Positions 40,915 to 50,800 of a stretch of 64,000 bases of DNA are shown here, piece after piece; the stretch's first letter is position 1, and every line of letters begins with the position of its first letter. Origin of the DNA: an uncultured Gemmatimonadales bacterium (GTDB taxonomy: Bacteria > Gemmatimonadota > Gemmatimonadetes > Gemmatimonadales > Gemmatimonadaceae); NCBI GenBank assembly GCA_963793305.1, contig CAWBZV010000003.1, forward strand, positions 1,056,001 through 1,120,000, read 5' to 3'. Both the position numbers and the translations under genes were made by a program. Below the pieces are notes generated by a model. The model was not told the DNA's origin. It saw nothing but the letters and a program-made list of their open reading frames with translations, and made no database searches.

Positions 40915-41300
40915 GCCCGTCGCGGCCGCACACACTCCGCGAGCTGCACGCACTGGCACGTGAGCAGCTTCTGCAGCAGGTCCCGCATATGCTCCGCCCG
41001 TTCGATCAGCGCGTTGACGTCCTCGAGCTTCCGCGTCGCCATAGTCTGCCATCGCGCCGACGCCGGCGTGGCCCGGTCGAACCCATTCATTAAGCGCCGG
41101 ATCTCGGCCATCGAGAACCCGGCGCTTTTCGCCAGCTGGATCAACTTGAGCACGTGTATCGCGCTCGCGTCATACACACGCCGCCCGTTGACGCGCGTCG
41201 GCGGTGCCAACAGCCCGACGCTCTCGTAATAGCGCAACGCCGACGTTCGCATGCCGGCCTGTCGCGCCAGATCTCCGATCGTGAGCTTGACTTCAAGCAT
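40911..41300 (-). CDS. SoxR-like MerR-family regulator
   Basis: LTIGDLARQAG...SALRYYES.GL, AK.AGFS..EI, W and C-terminal CQCVQLAEC. Confidence 0.88.
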   Translation of the reverse strand: MLEVKLTIGDLARQAGMRTSALRYYESVGLLAPPTRVNGRRVYDASAIHVLKLIQLAKSAGFSMAEIRRLMNGFDRATPASARWQTMATRKLEDVNALIERAEHMRDLLQKLLTCQCVQLAECVRPRRA

Positions 41301-41317
41301 ACTTGAAGAGTTATGCT
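41287..41317 (+). promoter_or_regulatory. MerR/SoxR-type promoter for 41324..41599
   Basis: TTGACT - 19 bp - TATGCT with dyad CTTCAAG-CATA-CTTGAAG at 41291..41308. Confidence 0.85.
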
Positions 41318-41323
41318 GCACAC

Positions 41324-41599
41324 ATGGACCCGCAACTCTTCTGCACCGATCTGGGTCGCGCCCCGGAAGTAAAAAACATTCTCAGCAAAGCCACCGGCCG
41401 ACGCCAGACTGATGATGGCGTCATCGTCGAGTTCCCGGACGACGACGCGACGGCCCGCACGCTGCTCGAATTCGTGTTGGCCGAGCGACGCTGCTGCGCA
41501 TCTTTCAGTTACGAGATCGGATTCTCACCGCGGCTCACGCTCAGACTGCGCGCGAGCGGCGTATACCTAGTGCCGCTCAAGGCTTTGTACGGCCTGTAG
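41324..41599 (+). CDS. Small protein with ExxCC motif, possibly metal-binding
   Basis: ATG 6 nt after the -10 box; FVLAERRCCASFSYEI. Confidence 0.7.
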   Translation: MDPQLFCTDLGRAPEVKNILSKATGRRQTDDGVIVEFPDDDATARTLLEFVLAERRCCASFSYEIGFSPRLTLRLRASGVYLVPLKALYGL

Positions 41600-42415
41600 C
41601 GCGTGCGCGGCGAAGACGTCTGGATCCAAAGGCGGTCCGGCCGAAGTGCTGAGCTGATGCATCCAGAAATCGGGCCGCGGCGGTGTGGGTCCATCCCACC
41701 GTGCCGTGGGCCCATAGAGCAAGTACACGTCCCAGGCGTCCTGCCCGAGGCCGAGCACCGGGTCATACCCATGTACGAGTAGACTCGACGCATCCCAGAA
41801 ATGCGTCGCGCGTGAGTCCGGCACGAACTTCGTGGCCAGCGGGACGTCGGACTCGTGGCCTTGTTTCTTCGGCACCCACACGACGTAGGCGGCGAGACGG
41901 GGATCTGGTTGGCGGGCGAGCAGGACCTGCTCGACTTCGGATGCACCCCGAAGACACTCCCCTCAGGTGGGGGCGACGAGCATGATGACGCGAACCTTCC
42001 CGACGTTCGCGTTGAACGCGCTCCGGAACGGCTCGCCGTCAGCGGTAATCACGCGATACGGTGATGAGGGCCCACTCGGTGTACAGGCCATAACCCACAG
42101 CGTTGCCGCGGCAATCCAAGCGACGATGGCGACCCGGAGACTCACGCGGATCCATCGCCCGACCGCGGTCGGACACGCGGTACCGTTCGCGGGCCGTCGC
42201 GTGCGCCAGTAGCCGAAGCCCAGGACGCCCGCGGACAGGAGGAGCAGCGGCAGCCGAAATGGCGCCAATCCTGCCGCGGCGACCGCACCGCTCGCGCCAA
42301 GCAGCGCGATCGTGATGGGACCTGCGCAACAGAGCCCGGCGATCGCGGCGGTGACCGCGCCAGCCAGTCCGCCGACGGCCGCGCCGCCCGTGAGCCACTC
42401 GCGAGGATTACGCAT
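41567..42415 (-). CDS. Putative selenoprotein: MerT-like membrane domain fused to UxxC thioredoxin-fold domain (UGA at 41963..41965)
   Basis: ORFs 41963..42415 and 41567..41881 are in frame and separated only by one TGA; read-through gives MLVAPT-U-GEC; MerT-like LCCAGP; hairpin follows the UGA. Confidence 0.8.
41935..41953 (-). other. Putative bacterial SECIS hairpin
   Basis: mRNA CUUCGGG-GUGCA-UCCGAAG: 7-bp stem, loop begins GU and starts 16 nt after the UGA. Confidence 0.65.
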
Positions 42416-42710
42416 GCTCCGCCGCGCGTAGCGCCGCGAGTATCACCGGCGCGGTCGGCGTTCCCAACCGGCATCCGCTTCCGCCGGCTTCCAGCGTCCC
42501 ACCGCCGGCCACATCGCGCCCGTCGACCAGCACGGTCGGCGACGCGTATCGCTGCGCATATGGCGGAGCGCCGGACGCCGCGCGATCCCACTCGGTCCAC
42601 GTCATGGGACGCCCAGCGCGCGTCAGCGCCTCGCGCAACTGCGCTCTCGCGGCCTCGACGTGCGGGCACGTCGCGTCAAAGATCAATTCGACGTAAGATC
42701 GGGCAGTCAC
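42408..42710 (-). CDS. Small thioredoxin-like protein of mer-type operons
   Basis: VELIFDATCPH...ASPTVLVDGRDV...GCR (Cys, cis-Pro SPT, distal CR). Confidence 0.75.
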   Translation of the reverse strand: MTARSYVELIFDATCPHVEAARAQLREALTRAGRPMTWTEWDRAASGAPPYAQRYASPTVLVDGRDVAGGGTLEAGGSGCRLGTPTAPVILAALRAAEHA

Positions 42711-43050
42711 CGGTCCGTCCTTGGCGCCGACACTCGACCGTCAGCGCCGTGAGAATGCCGCGCATGCGCTCGAGCTCGGCGAGCTTGGTGTCGATGCGCG
42801 CAATGGCCTGCTCCGCCCGCGCCTGCACCTCGGGACACGCGGTATTCTCCAGCAACTCGGCGATGTCGCCGAGCGTGAACCCCAGCGCCTGCGCGTGCTT
42901 GATGAACCGGACGCGGCCGACCGCATCCGCGTCATATTCTCGGTATCCGGACGCTTGCCGCCGCGTGACAGGTATCAGGCCGCGGCGCTCATAGTACCGT
43001 AGCGTCTGGACGTTGACCGCGGCCTGCGCCGCGACTTGGCCGATGCGCAT
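42676..43050 (-). CDS. merR: Hg(II)-type MerR regulator
   Basis: MRIGQVA..A.VNVQTLRYYERRGL, RFIKHAQ.LGF.L..I.ELL; three Cys (TAC, VEC, DCPIL) at the positions of MerR Hg ligands. Confidence 0.85.
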   Translation of the reverse strand: MRIGQVAAQAAVNVQTLRYYERRGLIPVTRRQASGYREYDADAVGRVRFIKHAQALGFTLGDIAELLENTACPEVQARAEQAIARIDTKLAELERMRGILTALTVECRRQGRTGDCPILRRIDL

Positions 43051-43055
43051 ACCCA

Positions 43056-43087
43056 AGTCTAAACCCTATACCCGGGTACAGAGTCAA
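43056..43087 (-). promoter_or_regulatory. mer-type operator/promoter
   Basis: TTGACT - 20 bp - TAGACT enclosing dyad CTGTAC-CCGG-GTATAG; ATG 5 nt after the -10 box, so probably leaderless. Confidence 0.85.
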
Positions 43088-43217
43088 GGCGCAGGTTGCC
43101 CATACTGGCACATCCGGTAACAGTCCTGTTCGCGCGTTGACTGCCGCACGACCAATGGATAGCCTGCGCGCCCCTCTTATGCGGAGAGTACATGTTACTG
43201 AACAGCGGGGTGGCAAT

Positions 43218-44432
43218 ATGACTGCGCCTGTGCCCCCCTGGCAGGGGCACGTCTTCAGCTCCGGCGGCGGCAACCTCTTCTACTACCTGGTTCAGGATTC
43301 GGTCTTTCCCGGACCGGCGCTGCCGGGACGCGCGGCAAACGAGTATCTCATGCTCGTCGAACGCATCAATAGCGCCACCGGCCAGATTGGTATCACGACT
43401 GCCTGGAGCGACGATGGGTTGACGTCCCTCGAGATGTCCGATTGGGCGGTATTGACCGGCAGCACCAGCGAGAGCTTCATCGAACCGTGCGCCATCATCT
43501 TGCCGAATGGCAATATCCTGCTGTCCCTCACGCACATTGCACCGAGTGCCAGTCCGGTCAACCCGGGATCCATTCAGATTTGGATGTCCACCGACGGCGG
43601 ACGCTCGTGGGCCTTGCGCAACGAGATCACGCCACCCAGTCCGGGGCCCACGTCGCATAAGTACGGCGAGTCGTTCATGATCCGGATCAGGGGGCCGATC
43701 GGTGGTCCACCGAATCGCGTCATGATCTGCTTCTGGGACTTCGATCAGAGCGGGGCATCCGATACGGTGTATCGGACCGTGCATTCGGACGATCTGTTCA
43801 TGACGTACACAACGACTGTCGTCGCCACTCCCACGAGCGGCACGTCGTCGGCCGGCCGGATCTCCGACTCCGCGCGTGCGTGTATCTACGAAATCGCCGA
43901 GGGCCCACAAACGACTTCGGGGCCCGCACCTGGTCGCATCGGGATCGTATACACCCGACGGGTTGCTGGTACGCCCGGTGTGCCGGCGGAAATATGGGCG
44001 TACCAGCTCGACAACTCTGGCGTGCCGCTCGTAGGCGCTACCGCGGTGAAGCTCACGACAGTGCCTGAGCAGGCCGGGACGGGGACGGGCTTTCCACTTG
44101 TTGGATGCAACCCCGTTGTGCAGCGGCTGAGCACGGGTGAGTATGGCCTGTACTTCACGTCGTGCACCTTCGACGTGGGTGGAACTACGGGCACGCTCCA
44201 CTTCATGACCAGCCCACCTTCGGCTCTCGGTGACCCGACGAAGTTCGCCAACGACCTCGTGGTCAGCACTACCACAGTCAATGGCGGCGGCGGGTACGGC
44301 AGAGTGTGGCCGCTGCCGAAGACGAATGGCGACATCGCATTGATCGGGACGTTATCACCGCCGAATGCGCCGCCGGCGCCGGTGGGCAACACGACATCCC
44401 TGGCTACCGTGATTCACTACGGCGCGGCCTGA
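43218..44432 (+). CDS. Sialidase-like/BNR (Asp-box) beta-propeller protein
   Basis: EPC..ILPNG.IL and Asp-boxes STDGGRSW and SDDLFMTY; no clear signal peptide. Confidence 0.6.
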   Translation: MTAPVPPWQGHVFSSGGGNLFYYLVQDSVFPGPALPGRAANEYLMLVERINSATGQIGITTAWSDDGLTSLEMSDWAVLTGSTSESFIEPCAIILPNGNILLSLTHIAPSASPVNPGSIQIWMSTDGGRSWALRNEITPPSPGPTSHKYGESFMIRIRGPIGGPPNRVMICFWDFDQSGASDTVYRTVHSDDLFMTYTTTVVATPTSGTSSAGRISDSARACIYEIAEGPQTTSGPAPGRIGIVYTRRVAGTPGVPAEIWAYQLDNSGVPLVGATAVKLTTVPEQAGTGTGFPLVGCNPVVQRLSTGEYGLYFTSCTFDVGGTTGTLHFMTSPPSALGDPTKFANDLVVSTTTVNGGGGYGRVWPLPKTNGDIALIGTLSPPNAPPAPVGNTTSLATVIHYGAA

Positions 44433-44469
44433 CTGCTGCATCGTTCGCCGGGTATGTTTGGCGAGCGAG

Positions 44470-46470
44470 ATGACGATATCGTCTGCGTTTCGCGACGTGA
44501 TGTGGGCCGCCGCTGTGACGGTCCTCATCGCGTCGCCCGCGAATGCTCAGCTCTGTGAGCAGGCTGAGTATCGCGATCTGTGGTGCATGCGGCTCCTGCC
44601 CACGGCGGGGTTCGACTCCGTCGTAGCGCACGTCGCACTGAGCCGCACCCCGGGCCCGTTCACGGTGACGATGACCGCCGACGGCCGGACGGTCTACGCG
44701 CCGATCGCGACTATTCAGGGCTTGCCGCCGCACCACACGTACGTGGCGTGGGCGATGCCGCCGGCGACTGTCCCGCGCGAGCGGCTCGGGGTGGTCACGA
44801 ACGGGACGACACCGCTCCAACCGATCGCGATGGACCCGTTTGTGGTGCTGGTGACCGAGGAGCCAGGCGGACGCATCGTGCTCCAGGGACAGTCGCCGAG
44901 CTCTAGGCTACAGCCCGCCGATTTCTTGCGGTTTGCGCTCGGCGCGTCGAACGACTCCATGCCGATGCGCATGCCCATGGGAGATACGACGCAATGGACC
45001 ATGCTCCCCATGGTGCCGGGGCTTGCGATGCTGCCCTCGGAGATGGCGCTGCGTCCCACGATCGCGCCGCTGCTGCCGCGGGCCGATAACGCGCCAGTGG
45101 CGCAGCCGTGTCAGGTCATCCGCCTGAGCGACGGCGACACGCTGCATCTGACCGCCGGCATCGTACGTCGCCGCGTAGCCGGTCATGATGTGATCATGTA
45201 CGCATACAACGGCCAATACCCGGGGCCGCGCATCGCGGTGCACCAGGGTGACTCGATCGTCGTCGATTTCGCGAATCACCTGGACCAGCCGTCGAGCATC
45301 CACTGGCACGGCATCCGGCTCGACAATCGCTACGATGGCGTGGATCCCATTCCGCCCGGTGGACAGTTCGTCTATCACCTGAGATTCCCGGACGCTGGCG
45401 TCTATTGGTACCACCCGCATGTCCGCGAAGATATGGAGCAAAACCTGGGACTCTTCGGGAACATCGTCGTGGGTCCGCAGCACGACGAGTTCGCGATCCT
45501 GGACGACCTCCTCGTGAACGACAATGGCCTCGTCCCGTACGGTCGTGACGCGGCGACGCACGCGCTCATGGGCCGGTTCGGGAATATCCGTACCCGTCAC
45601 CGTTTTACAACAGTCAAGCGCGGCGAAGTAGTCCAGTTTGCATTCACGAACGTGTCCAATGCACGCGTGTTCAATCTGTCGTTTCCCGGCACGCGCCTGA
45701 AACTCATCGGGAGCGATGCGGGTGCCTACGAGCACGAGGAGTGGGTGCCGAGCGTGGTGATCGCGCCGGCCGAGCGATATATCGTGCAAGCGAGATTTGA
45801 GCACACGGCGCCGCTCGTAAGCCGGGTGCTCGGACTCGACCATCTGAATGGCCGATTTGTCCCCTTCGACGATACGCTCGGCGTTGTCCATGTGAGTACG
45901 ACTCGTGCGACGGGGACAAGCGACTTCGAGACGCTGCACAGCGGCCCAGATCTGTCGGCCTATCGCCGGTTCCTCGACCGGCCCGCCGACCGGACGCTCG
46001 ATCTCACGCTGGAAACGCACGATCTCCCCTTCGTGACGCGGCAGCTCATGCGCCTCGACTCGTCGTATTTCGCCCCGGTCGAGTGGGTGGGCAGCATGCC
46101 GAACATGAACTGGGCGTCGACGTCGGAGCAGGTCCGCTGGATCCTGCGCGACCCGGCAACGGGCCGGGAAAACATGGACATTGGCTGGACGTTCAAGCGG
46201 GACACGCTGATCAAGCTGCGCCTCGTCAACGACCGCGGCACGTTGCACGGGATGCAACATCCGATTCACGCGCATGGACAACGGTTTCTGGTACTAGCGG
46301 TGAACGGGGTCGCGAACCAAAATCTGGTGTGGAAGGACACGGTACTGGTGCCGGCCGGGGCGGTGGTCGACATTCTGTTGGACCTCAGCAACCCCGGTCG
46401 TTGGATGCTGCACTGTCACATCGCGGAGCACCTGACCGCTGGCATGATGACCTCTTACACTGTGGAGTGA
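44470..46470 (+). CDS. Multicopper oxidase with N-terminal extension
   Basis: Signal peptide (start 44470 or 44500); HWHG, WYHPH, HPIHAHG and HCHIAEHLTAGMM; paralog of 456..2274. Confidence 0.93.
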   Translation: MTISSAFRDVMWAAAVTVLIASPANAQLCEQAEYRDLWCMRLLPTAGFDSVVAHVALSRTPGPFTVTMTADGRTVYAPIATIQGLPPHHTYVAWAMPPATVPRERLGVVTNGTTPLQPIAMDPFVVLVTEEPGGRIVLQGQSPSSRLQPADFLRFALGASNDSMPMRMPMGDTTQWTMLPMVPGLAMLPSEMALRPTIAPLLPRADNAPVAQPCQVIRLSDGDTLHLTAGIVRRRVAGHDVIMYAYNGQYPGPRIAVHQGDSIVVDFANHLDQPSSIHWHGIRLDNRYDGVDPIPPGGQFVYHLRFPDAGVYWYHPHVREDMEQNLGLFGNIVVGPQHDEFAILDDLLVNDNGLVPYGRDAATHALMGRFGNIRTRHRFTTVKRGEVVQFAFTNVSNARVFNLSFPGTRLKLIGSDAGAYEHEEWVPSVVIAPAERYIVQARFEHTAPLVSRVLGLDHLNGRFVPFDDTLGVVHVSTTRATGTSDFETLHSGPDLSAYRRFLDRPADRTLDLTLETHDLPFVTRQLMRLDSSYFAPVEWVGSMPNMNWASTSEQVRWILRDPATGRENMDIGWTFKRDTLIKLRLVNDRGTLHGMQHPIHAHGQRFLVLAVNGVANQNLVWKDTVLVPAGAVVDILLDLSNPGRWMLHCHIAEHLTAGMMTSYTVE

Positions 46471-46472
46471 AG

Positions 46473-47876
46473 ATGAGTAAGTGGGGACTGCTCAGTTTGG
46501 GACTCGCATCGAGCCTGGCGGCGCAGCAGCCGAATGGCGCGAAAGCATACGTGACGGTCGCAGACCCGGTGGTCGCGCTGACCAACGCGACCGTGATCGA
46601 TGGGACTGGCGCAGCCCCGGTGAAGAACGAGACCATCATCATCCAGGGCGGGAAGATCGCGCAGGTCGGCCCGGCGGCGAGCGTGCCAGTGCCCGCAGGG
46701 GCGAAGACGATGGACCTGCATGGCAGCACGGTGATCCCCGGCCTCGTCGGCATGCACGATCACCTGTTCTACTTCGCCGTTGGTGGCCGCGAGGTGATGG
46801 ACAGCTATTCGGGGCCGCGACTGTACTTGGGCTCGGGCGTGACGACTATCCGAACCGCGGGATCGATCTCGCCCTACGAAGACATCACCACAAAGCGCGA
46901 GATCGACGAGGGCAAAGCAGCCGGCCCTCGCATCTACATCACCGCCCCGTACATCACGGGCAACGGTGCGAATGGCGCCGGAATCATGGCCGTGCTCAAC
47001 ACGCCCGACCAGGCCAAGGAGTTCGTTGACTACTGGTCAACCCAAGGCGCGACCTGGCTCAAGGCCTATACGGACATTCACCGCGCCGAGCTCGGGGCCG
47101 CGATCCAGGAGGCACACAAGAAAGGCCTCAAGGTCACGGGACACCTGTGCTCGGTCACGTACCAGGAAGCGGTCGATCTCGGCATCGACAATCTCGAGCA
47201 CGGTTACGCGACCGCGACGGATTTTGACCCATCAAAGACGCCGGATGCCTGCCCGGCGGGCAGCCTCGCCACCGTGGCCAACGCCTCGCCGAATGCCGCG
47301 ACGGCCAAGGCGGTCTACAAGAAGATGATCGACCACAAAGTGTCGATGACCTCGACGCTCAACGTCTTCGAGATGCTGCTCCCCAACCGTCCGTACGATC
47401 CGCGGTTGCCGGACCTCATGTCGCCGGATCTGCGCACGCTATTCCTGCAGGTGCGCGCGCACATCGACTCTGGTGGCTCCTGGCCGTTCCACACCGAGGC
47501 CATCAAGAACGCAGAAGCGTTCGAGAAAGGATTTTATGACGCTGGCGGCTTCCTCGTGGCGGGCAGCGATCCGACCGGCATCGGCACACCGCCGGGCCTC
47601 GGCGATCAGCGCGAGTACGAACTGCTCGCCGAAGGGGGCTTCACGGCGCCGCAAATCGTGCAGATCATGTCGGCGAACGGCGCCAAGGTGCTCGGCGCGT
47701 ACGACAAGTTCGGGTCGATCGAGCGCGGGAAGTCCGCCGATCTCGTCGTCCTCGACGGTGACCTCAACTCGGATCCGACCGTGATCCACAAAGTCACGAC
47801 GGTCTTCAAAGAAGGCGTGGGCTACGACTCGGCCAAGTTGATTGCCGACTGCAAGGGGCATCTCGGGGTCAACTGA
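46473..47876 (+). CDS. Secreted metal-dependent amidohydrolase
   Basis: Signal peptide; PGLVGMHDH, GVTTIRT, LEHG, GSD and GKSADLVVLDGD; paralog of 2286..3638. Confidence 0.92.
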   Translation: MSKWGLLSLGLASSLAAQQPNGAKAYVTVADPVVALTNATVIDGTGAAPVKNETIIIQGGKIAQVGPAASVPVPAGAKTMDLHGSTVIPGLVGMHDHLFYFAVGGREVMDSYSGPRLYLGSGVTTIRTAGSISPYEDITTKREIDEGKAAGPRIYITAPYITGNGANGAGIMAVLNTPDQAKEFVDYWSTQGATWLKAYTDIHRAELGAAIQEAHKKGLKVTGHLCSVTYQEAVDLGIDNLEHGYATATDFDPSKTPDACPAGSLATVANASPNAATAKAVYKKMIDHKVSMTSTLNVFEMLLPNRPYDPRLPDLMSPDLRTLFLQVRAHIDSGGSWPFHTEAIKNAEAFEKGFYDAGGFLVAGSDPTGIGTPPGLGDQREYELLAEGGFTAPQIVQIMSANGAKVLGAYDKFGSIERGKSADLVVLDGDLNSDPTVIHKVTTVFKEGVGYDSAKLIADCKGHLGVN

Positions 47877-50800
47877 TCACTCCGCGCGCATGGCCGACAT
47901 CGGGTCCACTGCTGCCGCACGAAGCGACGGCAGCAGGGTGGCCAGGAGTCCCAATGCGATGAGCCCCAGGGTCGCGAGCAACCACGTAGGTGTGTCGAGT
48001 GGACTGAGTCCGTAGAGGTTGGCCGCGAGCACGCGAGTGACGAGCGCGCTCGCGGCCAATCCGCACACGACCCCGATGGCGATCAGCCGGAACCCGCCGT
48101 TCACGACCAACCCGATCGTGCGGGCGGGCGTGCTGCCGAGCGCTGTTCTGATGCCCAGTTCGCGCGTGCGCTGCGCGACCGCGTAGCTCAATACGCCGTG
48201 CAACCCCGCGCCCGCCAACACGACGGCGATGCCGGCGAAGAGCCCGATCGCGACCAGGAAAAATCGTTGGCGACGAACGCTGTCGAGAATGATGTCGGAC
48301 ATCGGCATGACGCGTGTCACGGCGGCCCGGGGATCGATGGAGTGGACCGCGGTGGCGACACTGCGGTTCACGCTCCGCGGATCTCCACGCACCCGCACCA
48401 TGATGTTGTAGACCGACTCTGAGCGGTACGGGATATAGAACTCGGCGCGTGGCTCAGTGATGGGCCCGGTGTTCCTGATGGTGCTGACGACGCCAACGAT
48501 GGTCGCGAGCGTGGAGTCAGTCGTGTACCACCGTTTGCCGATCGGGTTTTCGCCGGGGAAGTCGCGCTTCACCAAGGCCTCATTCACGACGACCACCCGC
48601 GGCTCTCCCTCCTGCACGTCGGCGTCGCGCAGCAATCGTCCCGCGAGAAGGCGCTGTTGAGTGACCCCGAAGAATCCGGGCGTCACGTCGCGGACTTCGA
48701 CGACCGGCAGGCGCGTGGGCACATCCTTCGGCCGGCCCTCGTACTGGGCGCCGGTATTGACGCCCCAGGTCCGAAACGGCAGCTCCGAGATAGCGCCGAC
48801 GGCGACGACGCCCGGCACACGGGCGATGGCGTCGATCGTCGGATTGAGAAAGCGTTGCACTGACGTGCCCGTCGTGTAGGTCACCGGCGAGATCGCGGTC
48901 TCGAGCGTCAGCACGTGCGTGGGATCGAACCCCGGGTCTTGCTGGAGCAGTCGCGAGAATGCCTTGAGGACGAGTCCCGCCGCGATGACGAGGATGAGTG
49001 ACAGTGCGACCTCGACGACCACGAGCGTACCGAACGCGCGCCGGGCACTCCGGCCCGCCCCTCCGCCACGCCCGCCGCGCAAGACATCCTGCGGGTCGAC
49101 CTGCGTGCCGCGCCAGGCCGGCAGTGCGCCGGCGAGCACCGCGATGAGCCCCGACAGCAGGAGCGCGAAGGGGATCGCGCGGACGCCGACGAACACGTTG
49201 GAGAGTTGCGGCAGGTCTTCCGACAGGTGCACGCCGGTGGCGCGAATGCCGATCCACGCGAGTCCGATGCCGAGCGCGACGCCCGACACCGCTAACGCGA
49301 GGCTCTCGACGAGGACCGGGCGCACGACGTCCCACCGGGACGCGCCGAGCGCGGCGCGGACGGCGTACTCCCGTTGGCGGTGAACGCCGCGGGCGAGGAG
49401 CAGGCAGATGACGTTGCTCGTCGCGACCAGGAGAACCAACGAGACGGCGCCGAGCAGCAGCAGGAGGGGTCCTCGGACGTGGGCGACATCATCGGCCTGC
49501 ATCGCCACGGCCCGCATCGATTCTTCGCGCCAGTCCGGATAGATCTTCGCGATCTCGGCGAAGCGCTCCGCCAACTCGCGATCAGCGTCGCGGACGGTCG
49601 CCCCGGGAGCGAGCCGCCCGAACGCGCAGAGGAAATGCCACCCACGCGATTGCAGCTCGGCTTGCGTGAAGACCAAAGGAATCCAGACATCGGCCTCGAG
49701 CCGGCGGTCCCCGTGGGGCAAGCGAAATTCCGGCGGGAGGACGCCCACCACGCTCCGCGACCGGCCGTCCAACACGATCGAGCGTCCGATGAGCGCGGTG
49801 TCGGCCCCGAACCGCGTCTGCCACAGCTCGTAGCTGAGGACGACGACAGGCGCGTCCGCCGCGGCGTCCGCACTGTCCAGCAGCCGGCCATGCGATGCGG
49901 ACACGCCCAGCGCCGAGAATGTGTTCCCACTGGCTCGCATGAGATTGAGACGCTCGGCCGCGTCGGGTAGGGTCACGAGCCCCGAGGTCTGGTCGACTGC
50001 CGCGAGATCGCGCAACTCGTGCAGCGATCGGCCGAGGTCCAGGAAGTTGGGCGGGGAGAGCGGGCTGGTATCGAAGCGGAGCGCCTTGCGATAGACGGTG
50101 ACCAGCTCGCGTGCGTGGGTGAACGGGAGCGGTTGGATCAGCGCTCGGTCGATCGCGCTGTAGACACCGGTCATGGCACCCGTGCCGAGTGCCAGGCAGA
50201 TGAGCGCGTAGACAGTGACACTCGGCGCCCGGATCAGTCCCCGCACGCCGCCGCGCACATTGGCGAGGGTGACCTTGGCGCGTGGCGGCGCCGCCGGTTC
50301 CTGCAGCGCGCGCACGACGTCCATGGCGGACCGTGGCCGGTGGGCCGGCTCCTTCGCCAGGCACTGGAGAAGCATCCGCTCGATGTCGGGTGGAACGTCA
50401 GACCGCCGGCGCGCGATGGGCTGGGGCGTTTCCGTCAGGTGCGCGGTCATGAGCTTCCGCACCGTCGGACCGGCAAACGGCGGCGCGCCCACCAGCATCT
50501 CGTATCCGACGACGCCGAGCGCATAGAGGTCCGTCCGCGGGTCGACCTCGTCGCCCGCGATCTGTTCCGGCGCCATGTAGGTCGGCGTGCCGAGGGATGT
50601 GCCTTCGCTCGTCATCGGCGCGCGGGTGCGCGATTTCGCGACGCCGAAGTCGGTGACGACGGCCGAGTGCGCGGTGAGCAGGATGTTATCGGGCTTGATA
50701 TCGCGATGGACGACGCCGCGCTCGTGCGCGAACGCGAGTGCCCGCGCGACGTTCGATCAAGATGCTCACGGCCTCGCGGATCGAGAGCGGGCCACGCGCC

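Noticed and set aside
1933..50753. Six frameshifts (about 1933, 5557, 8380, 8767, 21163, 50752) as pseudogenes or programmed frameshifting
   Set aside because: Each is fixed by removing one base of an AA/TT pair, catalytic motifs are intact and I see no slippery heptamers; systematic read or consensus error is the simplest explanation (confirm with raw reads)
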